Assembly (NCBI RefSeq): GCF_009834535.1
Contig: NC_045696.1
Span: 98,830,001-98,894,000 of the forward strand
Reading direction: 5' to 3'
DNA: 64,000 bases
DNA from: Camelus ferus
Lineage: Eukaryota
Position 1 is the stretch's first letter. Every line of letters starts with the position of its first letter. Under the pieces are notes generated by a model. It ran no database searches and had not been told where the DNA came from. It was given only the letters and a program-made list of their open reading frames with translations. The translations under genes were made by a program, and so were the position numbers. Positions 11,640-24,060 of the stretch are shown in pieces.

Positions 11640-11985
11640 CTGGTATTTAATTTCCCAAGGCTAAACCTAGTGTCTGGCACAGAGAAGATGTTTGATAAAT
11701 TACTGTTAATACGAGCTGAACTGAACCTATATATCTTATCTACCTTAGGGAAAACATAAATTCACTAAGGGTATGCTTTATTCATTCATTCATATATACA
11801 TATATGCCTTCATTCATTCAGTAGGCACTTGTTTGTGTCTACAGTATGATCAGTACTGCCCCCCAGATTATCCACACAAGGGCACGGGCCATTCCTTTCT
11901 TGTTTGTAACTCTGTCCTTAATATGTAGCACAGCACGTGGCATATGATGAGTTCTCCAGAAATATTTGCCGAATCAGTTAAATTC
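11640..11985. mobile_element. Cluster of L2 3'-end fragments in both orientations
   Basis: 'cctagtgtctggcacagagaagatgtttgataaat' (+), 'ttcattcattca...gtaggcact' (-), 'tagcacagcacgtggcatatg...aaatatttgccgaat' (+). Confidence 0.5.
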
Positions 11986-12424
11986 TATTTTCGGATGGAT
12001 TTTCCTTCCACATACATAGAGACAGCCTGCAGAGTTGCATGATGAAAACAAAAACAACAAACAATCCAATAGTAAATAAGATCCATCTTTCATAATTAAT
12101 CACCAGGCTAAGTGTAAACAGAGCTTAAAAGTTTGCTTCAAGATTTCATTACCATGAGTCGGTGTGTTTTCAGCTGAGTCTGTCAGTTTCCCTAACAATT
12201 TCCTAATCAACAGTTTTCACTTAAAAAAAAAAAAGAATGGATAGTAGGTGAAAAAAATAGCAATGGGTATAAGCAACAGTATTAAATATACGTATATTCC
12301 TGGGAAACACATAAATATTGGCAAATCTAGTCATTGAGAGTAGGGGAGTCAGTTATATCAGCTTTTGGGGGAGTTCCTAAGAAGTGATGTATTTTGGTGG
12401 GAATCATAGAACTTTATTGCCTTA

Positions 12425-12560
12425 GAAATCATACTATCATTCTAATTTTTACAAATGAAAAAGTAAGACCCCAAAGATGTTCAAAGACCCACCCAGGGTA
12501 CTTGGCACCAGAACAAGGGTCCTGGTCTCTGATGTTTAAGAAAATAAATGATTTCCCCAC
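12425..12560 (-). mobile_element. MIR fragment
   Basis: 'attctaatttttacaaatgaaaaagtaagacccaaaga...ccagaacaagggtcctggtctctga'. Confidence 0.45.
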
Positions 12561-15500
12561 TATATCACAAGACCTATTAAATATAAATGCTACCATGGAT
12601 AATTCCATGAATAGTGACACTTTAAATTATCTGTAAGACATTGAAAATACTAACCCAAAAAAGAAAATGTCCAATAAAATATTCAACATGCTGTTGGTGT
12701 TGTTTTCTACAAAAAAATAAAGGTTTTAAAATAATAAAAACTTCAGTTATTCAAGCATAATGTACTTCTATTCAACTGAGTCCCTAAATCCAGATTAAGA
12801 TCAGAGTAAGTTCCAATAGGCATGTCTTTTTTTTTCCCTCCAAGCCATTCATATTGAACTTTAAATTCATGTTAGCAACCGCCTATACAATCCAGGGGGA
12901 AAAGGAGGAAGGGGATAGGGTTAGAGGTGGTGTTGAACAAGTTTTTAAATATAAATTTGCAATTTAATCTTGGAAGATGAGACTTTTGCAAGGCTCTTAT
13001 ATCTAAAACATCACCCAGAGTTGTTTGCAAATAGCGATTTGGAAACATTAAAAAATACTCGAAAGTGCAAAATCGTAGCCTACCCTTTACAAGTAATCAT
13101 TCAAACAGTAATGATTCTCTGGTAGATTTGTTCATCTGGAATAAAATGGCACAGATTTAGGGGGCTATGTATTTATAATATTGTTACATGAAAGAAACAA
13201 GGGGCAGTGATGTTAACTTCACAGAAAGTTACTATTTTGGGGTAAGCTCTGATTAAGCATTCATTCCACACTATGTTGTCTTCACTCTGCTACTGAACTG
13301 GATGGCATAAGTGTCCCTGAGAAATGAATTTATCTGTACAATCGTCTACAGATATAATAGTAAAAAGTGGCCTGGGAGGACCAGGATAGAGGCTTTAAAA
13401 TGAATGAATGTAAGCACGTGTAATTATTTCTTTCAGATTTATAACAACAATTCTTGCTGTTAACAAATATAAATGTAACATTTACTCAGAAATAAGAGAC
13501 TGCAGACGGAAATAAACAAACCAAGGATGTAGTTCATCTAAGTAAACACTGAGGTTATAAACCTTCAAACTCAAATATCAAGAGCCCTGCAAATTAATGC
13601 TACACACAATGGGCCCTTTGGAAGCTAACTTAATCCACCCCCCTGAATCTACATGAGGGCCATGCATAACAATGCAGGAGCTGGGTTTCCATTAAGAGTT
13701 TCCTCTGCAGGCTGTCAGCTGTTTGAAGAAATAACAATTTCCTAGGCATGAAAGCTTTTTCAGAAGGTTCCCACTGATGTGTAATAAAAGTGACTTTCCT
13801 TTTTTTTTTTTTTCCTTCTACTTCTTCCCTTTTTTCCCCCCTTCAGATGTAACTTTGCAGGGAGAAAAAGGGTGGACTAAGGCCATAGGCCCCCTACTAG
13901 CTTACCTTACGTGGATTATCAGTGCAGGTGTTAATATAATTGAAGGTGTGGTAGCAGATACAACCCTCTAATAGTTTTTGGTATATGGAGATTACCTAGG
14001 TAGAGAATGCCAGAGTACCTGAAGAATAGGCGAGTGAGTACCTTATTAACATATCACCATTCAGCGGCAGCTGCATATCTGGAAGAAGAAGAGGAAAAAA
14101 AAAACCTTTAAAGAGCCTATTCATCTATGTTAATGGGCCCATTGCACAGCACATTGTGTGAGAAATTAAGTCTCTGGCTGTGAACTTCCTGTGCTGTGCA
14201 AGCTGCCTTGACTCTTTTTTATTGCTTCAGTGTTATTATCTCCTCCTGGAAATAAAAACAATCATGTTCTCACATTTGAGAAGCCAAAACATTCTGAGAT
14301 AACAAACTGGAGGTGCTGGTTGAAAGTTTCTTTTGTCTCCCTTATTAAGTGAAAAAAATATGTTTTGAAATTAAAGCAACCCTCAAATTTACATCAAAAC
14401 ACATCAAATTAACTGAGCCGTCCTGTGAATGATAAAGTGTTCCCCCCTTCTTTTCTTATAAAATACACAATTAAATTGCTTTCCTGGTTATCGTTCCCTT
14501 TTTAGAATTAACTTTTGATGACAGAATATGTTAATTTATTCAAATTAGACATGATTTTTAAAAATGTGCAACTGGCAAAAGAACTGCTTTACTCCTGGAA
14601 GATAAGTATAAGATGTATTGGGGGAAAAAAAATCACGGTATTTATCCTCAACAATTTCAGTTAAGACAGGCTTGGCTAGCATTTCAAACATGAAAATGGA
14701 AAAGGTAATTTCAGGTTAAGGAAATTTCTCCTTTTGTACTAATTGAAAGCCGAGAATGTTTGCTTCTGCCTTTTTCTTGGCTATTTCAAGGCCACCACGT
14801 AAACCGATATACATTTGGCATAAAAACATCCTCTTCAGATGAACAGAACACATTTCCATCATTTTGTGTGCACATTACATTAGCATCACCAGGATCATCA
14901 TTAACATCCTCATCACAAAAGAAAGAGCTGGTGATCAATACTGACTGATTACAACTCAATTAACAAAGAATCTCCCAGTGCAATTTAAAGAAATCTAGTT
15001 TCCTTCAGACTTGAAGAATGTTCAAGTTAATCTAAGATGTTTTACTATTTAACAGATTTAAGGAGTATGGGGGACAATAAACAGAAAACCGTAATTCAAT
15101 CTGTGGTTTCACTGTGCTAATGGACATTCTGTCTCCACGGGCAAAATTTGTCTGAACAGGATAATAATTATTATCTGCTGTTTCCTGATTTAGCACTCAT
15201 ACATCTTTATTTTAAGACTATGGCAAATCAGTCAATGATGGAACATAAAGTTGAATATATCCAAGATGAATATATGAACACCATAGAGTTTGTCAAGGAA
15301 ATTCTTGGGGCATTAAAGACTTTAGATTGTTCACTGGATTTGGCTTGTTTCCTCTAAAAAAATAAATCAATAAACTTTGTAAAGGAGGAAATAGTCAAAC
15401 AGATCCTTCTGCAAATGACATGATGGTAAGGAATTTTCCTTATTTTGTACAGTAAAATCAGCATCGGTTATATGAAATAATGTGCACTGTCTGACCGATG

Positions 15501-18500
15501 GGCAAATTTTTCAAGTTACTACTAATACTTTGTTATATGTATGTATTCATCAGCATATTTATTTGAAGCATTTGGAAAAGAATCTATTTTCTCTTGAGTC
15601 AGTTGCTTGAGTCCCAGTGGGATGTCTGTAAGAAGTACATTTTCATAGATTTTGGATGGGACTGCTACCTTTCTACTGGCTTCCTAAAGAGAAGACTTAA
15701 GAGTACAGGAGAACAAAACTTGACTATCCATTCTTTGTTTAACGAGCTCGTGGTTCATGTAGCTTTATACAGACTACTGGATAAACATAAGATTGTCTAG
15801 ATTGTGTGGCCTCTTTCAGATTTTGCTATTACAAACCCCTTCTTTAGATAAGGTTCTTTTTATCAAACACACATTTTTTAGACAAAATGCCTTCCAATTT
15901 TGGGGGCTACCATTTTATGGAGCTATCCTCTGTTGCTGGAAGTCCTAAAGTAACAAAAAAGAGCTGAACACTACTATTTCCTGTATCAAGGAAGCAGCTG
16001 ATATCTTAGAAAACATGGAGACCAGAAATTTAAAGACAAGTAAAAAAAAGAAAAATTTGGAACTAGATTCCCTTAAGGGGGATAATTCAGATTAATGGAC
16101 CATTCACTGTCCTGTTAACACAGAACACCTGCATGGGCCAGGTAATCAGGTGACAATGTTGCCAGTATAAAAGCGACATCAGAACTTGTCTTCATTGGCA
16201 TCAGAACTGCCAGCTGTATCACCTCTGACCGCGTGGCCCCACATCTATTAACCTCATCGATTTGGAACCCTGCTGAGACTCCCCAGAAAGCTGCTCCCTG
16301 CTGAAAGGTTGAAGTGGATCAATCCTGAACCAGGAACAAGAATTCAATAAAACAATACAGTGTGGACCTTCAACCATTAAGGAGTCCTTAAAGTAAATCA
16401 AATTAAGGACTTTGCCGTAATGAAGATCTTTTAAGATTTTGAGATGTCAATTGATTCCAAGTCCTCCCAAGCAAACTATTGTCTAGAAGAGGCATCAGGC
16501 TGTGATAAGACACATTTTTTTTTAAACCTGTTGTGAGGTAATTACTAAAATAATAAGGAGGGCTGGGTCTGTGTAATCAAGATGGCTGTCACCTGCACAG
16601 AAATGGTTTTAAAGTCAATCTTTAAAATGTTATTATTTTCATAATAAAATGGAACTTTATACAGATTTGCAGTGGAAAATATCACAGTAGAAAGAAAAAA
16701 CTGTTTTTCTCAATAGTTACTAAAATGAATTTATTTTTGCTTATTAATTGTTATCCATAATATGCTAATGAATTTTCTAAATTTTTTGGTACATTTGCAA
16801 TCTTTCTCAAATTCATGGTTTATAGAGAAGACAGCTGGAGAGGTTCAGAGCTTCACATCTCTCTACAAAGGGAGACATGATCCACATATATAATGTGTAT
16901 AACAGGACTGCTACAAGCTTATTTGTGTTTAAATGTGATTGAATTCCTTTGGAATTTGACTTCCATCTTCCCAGATATTATATTCCTTGGGTTTTATTTC
17001 TGTGTAGGGCCCTGATCTGAGCCTCAAAAAAAAAAAAGAATCTTATCTCCTGAAAAGCAAACAATGATTTTTCACTTGTAAAATCTGAGGACCTTACAAG
17101 TGCTTATCCTTGTAAGTCGTAAATTTACAACAAAGAATATAGATAAACTAGATAGATAGACACGGATATATATAATATTTTAACATATATTATGCAAATA
17201 TTACTTACTTTTTGTTTTATGTATGAATACCTATATATCATATATAATATATATTTCTTTACTTCTGAGTGTTTCTTTTTTTCCCTAATTATATTTTAAA
17301 ATGACAATTTTAAATCATCTGTGTAATATTTATGAATGAATATGCCTGGAAAATTTAAATAAAATTTTGCCATTAAAAATGCAGAGACAATCTCTGATTT
17401 TGAAATTAACATCAGTTGACATTCTGCTTTCCCAAATACTTTCTATATGATATCTTAGAAAATTTTGTATTGGGATTTTTTTCCTTTACTGGAAAATAAA
17501 TACTATATCACCTATTCATTGAAAAATGACGCAGTCGATTAGTTAGTATGGTAAAATTAATGCCATGGAACTAGTATAATGGAAATTCGTGTTTACTTGC
17601 TGTAATTGATATTTATCTTTGATCAATAATGTATAAGAGCTTATGTGAAGCAGCCAACGTAGAATATATTACATATTATCTCTATTTAGCACCTCTAGGC
17701 AAGAATATTGTACAGGGAAAAAAGCCAAAATTACTGTTTTTCTTTATTAACTGCTCTCCAAGGAATACACTGGAATGAGTTCTGTCTGCCAACTAATTGA
17801 TAATTATTTAATTAGCACTTTATAATGACAATGGGATTTTACCCCCCACCAGTCCATCTCTTCTTTAAGACCGAAGTAGACCACCTTATGCATTTTCGCC
17901 CTAACTTCTGGGAGCTAACACCAGCCAAAGTGTGCCCTTACCAAGATTTCCCAAGTTAGAACTCCAAAAGCACTGTGTTCCGCCACCTCCTTTAAGCCAC
18001 AGCATTTCCTTTTCCCATTACGGGGGATGACTGGCACTCGAACAATGTGTGTGGGTGTACAGCCTTGTTGTGTCACTGTGGACAGTTCTAACAGTGGCTT
18101 CATTAGTTCTTTTTACAACAAAAGATAGGGCTTTCCCCCCTGCCTTTTTCTTTCTTTCCCTTAGTTGGCATGCGGGCTGAATTCTCCTTGGACCCCCTGC
18201 TTGACTTTTTTTTTTTAATTCCAGAACTTCTTTAGAATGGTGCAGCCATTCGAACACTAGGAATTGTAACTGATCGACTGTTTGCAGGGGAACTCATGAA
18301 AGTTCTCTTTGTTCCCCCTTCTTTAAACCAGGTTTACCAGCCCCTCCCTCCCACCAACCCAAAAGGAAAAGGAAATCCACTTTTAATTATACATTGATGG
18401 AAATCGCTGTGAGGGAAGGGCGCATTCACTGTAGAACGCCCATTTTAAACTTCATTACAAGCAAAAAGAGGTGTTTGCGTCAGAACGTCAATTCTCAAAA

Positions 18501-18839
18501 GCCCCAGTTAAAATATATTTTTCTCCATAACCCTCTGTTCAGTTTAAGATTTCTCAACCAGTGAAAGAGTTCTGCTTAAGAAATAAAACTGGATAGTAGC
18601 TTTTATATATTTTTAAATATATGTGACATTTAGAAAGGATAACAGATATATATATATGTGTATATATATTTATATATATATATAATGTGTGATCTTAAAT
18701 TAACTATCTAGGAGGGCTTTGTTTAGATAAAAAGGGGCTTTTTTGTCTTTTGAGGGTTTGTTGATATGAGAAAGAGGTGGTAAAGTCCTGTCTGATGGCA
18801 CCAAGACCCTTGCTTCTGAGAACCAACAATCAGGCTGCA

Positions 18840-18975
18840 ATAATGCTATACGTTTAACTTTACACCCCAGGACCATTATCGTGAGGTTCTCACTACAGAC
18901 TTAAGTCAGACAGGACAACCCACTTTTTATAGGCAAAGCAACTAAGGCTTAAGAGAGTTGTAACTGGCCTTGTTA
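18840..18975 (-). mobile_element. MIR fragment
   Basis: 'cccactttttataggcaaagcaactaaggcttaagagagttgtaactggcc'. Confidence 0.45.
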
Positions 18976-19159
18976 GACAAGATCCATAAATTAAATAAAA
19001 CCACTACAAGTTCTTTAGGAATAAAAGGAATCAATATAGAAATTATATTTTTAGGACTGTGTGGGGAGGTCTGGAAGAGGGGAGTAGAGGTCAAAGATAC
19101 AGTTAATAAATGGAACCCTGACCCAGGAAGACAAGTTAGAACTCACAGGAAAAATTGAG

Positions 19160-19590
19160 AAGCTGTGTTCATCTGGTACCTAAAGGTGTACTATGACCAG
19201 GGAGCAAGTGGAAGTGTCTCTGGAGACTGTCCCTTCCGGGGAACATGTCCTTCTGTAATCTCACAGCCAAGAGTGTAGTGGTGGGTGTGGGACCGTGGTG
19301 GGTCAGTGGGGCCAACAATCAGAAAGACAAGTTGGACATGGAGCAGGAGGGGAGCAATGCCTAGCTGGGGCCCACCGGGGACATTTGCATCTGTCTCTCA
19401 CCATATCTGACCGCCATGGCCTTCCAAGAGTAACGCCTTCTTTCTTCACTTCTATCTTCCAAATCTCATGCAAATTCCTTCCTTGGTCAACTCTAACTCA
19501 GAACCATGCAGGGATAGTACTGGAAAATGGATTTTCCATCCTTAAGTGAGGATAGTAGTGCCAAGTTGGCGGCACACAATCCAACACATT
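19160..19590 (-). mobile_element. Ancient ERVL-type LTR fragment (LTR33/41/52-like)
   Basis: 'ggtcaactctaactcagaaccatgcagggatagtactggaaaatggattttcc' resembles the reverse-complemented start of ERVL LTRs. Confidence 0.45.
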
Positions 19591-19719
19591 AGTGTAAGGC
19601 CACACACTGAGACAGTGGCACAGCCCAAACTAGAGTACGTGTTTGATTGTGAGGATGCCTCTTCCACCCTGTCAGGCTGTGTTGAGTTGTCAGTACCAAT
19701 AAGAGACTTCAGAGTGAAG

Positions 19720-20310
19720 GAGGGAAGGCATCAATCTAAACGTCACGGCCAGTTGCAAGTGACAGGAATCCAACTAAAAGTGGCTTAAGCCAAAAAGGGG
19801 ATTTATTGTCAAACGGGAATTAGTCATCAAAAGGAAATTTGTTGCTTAATTGAAACATTCAGACTTCAAGGATGACCAGATCCTGGAATTCAAATGGTAT
19901 TGTCAGGACTCAATATTTTTTTCCCTCCCTTGGCTCTGCACTCGTCTGAACTAGCTTTATTCTTGTCTACTAAGAATGGTAACACAGAAAGATTGGATGG
20001 AGAAAAACAACCCTTAGGTCCTGAAGGCATAAATTCTTCCATGGAGGAAACAGTTTTAGGCCTACATCACACCAGCTTTGATTCCAAAGGAAGAGAATGC
20101 TTCTCTGTCCTAATATTATGTTCATAAGTATCCTAATTGAACCTTGTTGGCCTGGCTTGGATCAGATGCCCATTGCTGTATTCATAATCGAGGCCAAGGA
20201 ATGATTGTCCAAGCTCTGAATTTGAGTTTCTTCCAGGAATCAGCTATGGGGAGAGATTACCATCCAAACCTGAGTGGAAGGACAGATTTCCTCTGCTTAA
20301 GAACATGAAA
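19720..20310 (-). mobile_element. MaLR (MLT1K/L-like) LTR
   Basis: 'cagttgcaagtgacaggaatccaactaaaagtggcttaagccaaaaaggggatttattg' and 'ttggcctggcttggatcagatgccc' are typical reverse MLT1 motifs. Confidence 0.6.
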
Positions 20311-20839
20311 TGAACAATTAATTCTCACTGTGCTAATTAAAGCTCCTTTTTCCAATGAATTTTGTTATTGCAAAAAGGAAGTGAAGGAAGGATGGGTTAA
20401 TCAACTCTAAGACTCTAAACATTCATAAAACAAAACTGCTGTGGAACAACAATCAACAAGTTTTGATTAGTTGGCATATTTTGCATGTGTCCAGTACTTT
20501 TCCAGGCATTAAAGGGACCATAAAAGTATAATTTACATTTGCTATCTCCATTAATGATTTTTTTTTCTTTTTTCTTTTTCACTGAGGAGAGAGTTTTTAT
20601 ACCTACAACAATTAGCAAGCAATTGAAGACGGAATGCAATTAATGGCAACTTCATGTGATATGGGTCAAAAGAGGACCAGCCCATTAGAAACAGGTGACC
20701 TAGGAAGGTCTCACAAAGGAGCTGGCACTTTGGTCTATGAAGAGTGATGAAGGTGAGGAAAGGCATTCCATTCTAGAGAATTACCGATATAAGCACAGAG
20801 ACAGAACTAAGCATATCATGGGAAAATGCAGCAGATCTC

Positions 20840-21058
20840 ATTTTCCCCTCTTCACTAACAGTATCTTTTTTGTTGTGGTTAAGAACTGTCATTTGCCAAG
20901 TTTGGGAGATGCATGTGCATTGTTTTGAGCCAAATATAAAAATTTTGTTCTCCAATTTCCCAGCATTTTATGCAGTAAGGGTCAGTATGACCCAGCTGTA
21001 GCCAATGAGATAAGTCAAATCTGTTGGGAAAGTTTGGGGAAAACTGTTGCATTTCTAA
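20840..21058 (+). mobile_element. MaLR (MLT1J-like) LTR 5' part, interrupted
   Basis: 'atttcccagcattttatgcagtaaggg...tgacccagctgtagccaatgagataagtcaaatctg'. It appears to resume after 21573. Confidence 0.5.
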
Positions 21059-21573
21059 TATAAGGCTACACACATATTACGTCCAAACATGGTACCTTGA
21101 CACACTGACTATTTTAAGCTGAAAGAGTTTAAGGAAACAGCAGAAGCAGGACCTTCCCTCCACCTTTCTCCCCTGAAGTAGGTCACAGACCCTTAGGAGA
21201 GAGGTGCCCTCCCTACACTGGAAGAAAGAAGCATCCTTATCTCTGAGGACAAAGGGATGCCAGGAGAATCCAAGCAAACAGGCCTTGCTACGTTTCCCTG
21301 TTTACTGCATTTACATCATACTCTGATGTACCATGTTTTCTTCATCTGGTTTTGGTGACGAGACTGTCCACTCTTCATCAAAGCTAGCATAAAAACACTC
21401 AGGTTTCACTGATTCTTCAGGTCTTCATGTCCTGATGAAGTTTCCTGTGTCACATAAAACTGATTTTAAATAAATTTGTACACTTTACTCCTGTTAATCT
21501 GTCTTTGTCAGTTGAATTTCTAGACTCACCCAAAGGTGCTAAGAAGGTTGAAGAGAACTTTTTCTTCCCCTAT
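21059..21573 (+). mobile_element. ERV1 solo LTR, MER34/MER39-like
   Basis: 'actattttaagctgaaag...cagcagaagcagg', AATAAA at 21469-21474, 'cctgttaatctgtctttgtcag' and the terminal 'tttcttccccta(t)a' resemble MER34-group LTRs. Confidence 0.75.
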
Positions 21574-22299
21574 AAAGCAAAGCTTTAACTGTTTCCTTTC
21601 TGTCTTGAATGTAGGCAGTGTTAGAAGATATAGCTTCAATCTTGAAAAAGAAAGTTGATATGCTAAAACTGGTAATGCAAGATGGAGAAAAATCTAAAAT
21701 CAACCTTTCACCAGACATTTTGGAGCAAAAGAAGTCTTTATTTGTGTAAGTCATTGTAAGTAAGGGCTGTCTTACTTATAGCCAAGTTCATTTTTAACTG
21801 ATACAGATAGGAAAGGAATTAACCTGGTGAAGGGTTGGAAAAGTATGGGAAGTGTAATTTCACTAATCACAACATGCACATTCACATCTCTATGATTTTA
21901 TGTGATGAATACCCTCAATCTAAAAAGGCTCTTCTTTTATTTCTTTACTTAAAAAGTCATCTATGTAGGTCCAGCACATATGTTACTTCATTCACGAAAA
22001 TTTCTCTAATTATTACAGTCAGACTAAATGAGGCTTGGGTTCCAACGAAACATAGCCTGTGCTCAAGTCCAGTACTATTTTTTCCCCCAGTTTTTCAGTA
22101 GGATGAGGTATTTAGAAACTTCCCCTACTCTGCAAGCTTCCAGAAGACAAAGGTGTCTTATTCAATTTTTTGTTTTGTACAGAAGTGTTTTACATATATT
22201 AGACTTTTTATCCAGTTTTGTTTAAATGAAACTTTCTACTTTCTTCATTGTAGACAAAAAAAAAAAAAAAAAAAAGGAAAGGAACAAAAATGTAAAAAA

Positions 22300-22760
22300 T
22301 GTAGTGGCACTATTTTTCAACTCCTTTCATTAGTAGGTGAGATTTAGCTCTCCATTCTGAATCTGTAATTGGTCCTGTGACTTGGTTTGTCAATGGGATG
22401 TAACAAATGAGCCACAACTAGGGACTTAAAAAGTTATGGTGCACTAGGATATTTGCACTGTCTCACTGCTTTTTAGAACCCTGAGACTCCACGTAGAGAA
22501 GCCCAGGTTTGCCCACTGGATGATCGGAGACCACAGAGAGCAGCTGCTTGTGCCTGCAGAGCAGCACCTTAACCAGATCTAACCGCCAGCTGATGCATCA
22601 CTGACCTCAGTTGCTCGAGGGCTGCCAAGACCAGCAAAACGGTGTCCAAACGAGCCTAGCCTAAGTAATGACCCACAGAATGAGGAAGTAACACAGGTGG
22701 TTGTTTGAACTACCGAAGTTTGGGGATGATAATTAGAGAGCAAAAATGAACGGATGTACC
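22300..22760 (+). mobile_element. MaLR (MLT1F/G/H-like) LTR
   Basis: 'cctgtgacttggtttgtcaatgggatg', 'gagaagcccagg', 'acccacagaatgagg...ggttgtttgaactaccgaagtttgggg'. Confidence 0.7.
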
Positions 22761-22764
22761 ATCA

Positions 22765-23245
22765 ATTTTTAAGAGAAGTTTTAGGTTCACAGCAAAATTG
22801 AGTGAAAGGCCCAGAGATTCCCCATTCATCCCCCGCTCTCACACACGCGTAGGCCCCTCACTGCCGACACCTCTCAGCAGGGCGGTACATTTGCTACAAG
22901 TGATGTACCTGCATTGACACATCATTATCACACAAATTCCATAGTTCACATTAGAGTTCACTTTTTGTGTTGTACATTTTGTGGATCTGGAGAAATTTAT
23001 CATGGCATGTATCCACCTTTATAGTATCATACAGGGTATATTTACAGCCTTAAATATCCTCTGTCTCTGCCTATTCATCCTTCCTTCCCTCTCACCCACT
23101 GGCAACCACCAATCTTTTTACTATCTCCATAGTTTTGCCTTTTCCAGAATGTCATATAGTTGGAATCATACAGTATGGAGCCTCTTTTGCTTAGTAATAT
23201 GCATGTAAGTTTTTGCTGCATCTTTTCATGGCTTGATAGCAAATT
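22765..23245 (-). mobile_element. L1MC-like LINE-1 3' end
   Basis: 'agttttaggttcacagcaaaattgagtgaaagg...cattgacacatcattatcac...ggcaaccacc...ttttccagaatgtcatatagttggaatcatacagtat' matches the L1MC1/2 3' UTR in reverse. Confidence 0.85.
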
Positions 23246-23329
23246 AATTTATTTTGTTAGTTTTTATCTGTTTGATTTTTGATTGACTTAAAATGTTCAG
23301 GCATCAAACAGACTGTGTGAACACAGAAG

Positions 23330-24060
23330 CAAGAAAATACAATATGTTAAAGAGTGTGGAATTCATTCTATTAGCAAAGAGAGGAAACCATGAAAAGTGT
23401 TTATCAAGGAGGAGAAATGATGACATTCGTGATTTAGAAAATAATTGCTCTTGAGTTTAGCGTGAAAATAGACTAAATGGGACAAGGATGAGGTAAGGAA
23501 TCCAGTTAGCAGCTGTAACGGCAACGTAGAGGGCTACAGGTAGACTGAAGGGGAGTTTGGAAGGAATTCAGATTCGTGTCCTTAGGAGATGGAATTAACA
23601 GGATGTATGAAGTAAAGCATGAGAGAGAGAAAGAAAGCTAAGGAAAAAGTAACTTGGGTGTATGGCATGATCTTCAGGGGAGATGGTGGTAGAATTTACT
23701 GAGCTAGGAAACACAAGTGGAAGAGCAGTCTGGCAGGAAGTGAGGAAGCACTAGGTCCCGGTCCTCCTGAGAGCAGGACTTCTGGGGGCTGTAACATGGA
23801 GATGTCCAGCTGAATCTCAGGGGCTGGAGCAGGCTGTAAGTGTGACCAATTTCTTTCTGTTTGCCTGAATTATGGGGTTTCTTGTTAGACTTTCAGTGCA
23901 AAAATTAGAAAATTCCTGGGAAAACTGAGGTGACTTGGTCACACCCTGCAGGTTGTAGACATGGATTTGGGGTATTGTCAGCACACAATGTTGAGTGGGA
24001 ACAAGGATTATCATCATGTTACTCTCATCACTACCTGAGTGTATTTTTTCTAGCACAAAA
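23330..24060 (-). mobile_element. L2 LINE fragment (interrupted by MER94)
   Basis: Purine-rich L2-like motifs 'gatggtggtagaatttactgagctaggaaacac', 'tggagatgtccag', 'tagacatggatttgggg'. Confidence 0.5.
23838..23947. mobile_element. MER94 (hAT-Blackjack) MITE
   Basis: Inverted termini GTGACCAA ... TTGGTCAC and internal 'actttcagtgcaaaaa' match the MER94 consensus as I recall it. Confidence 0.7.
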
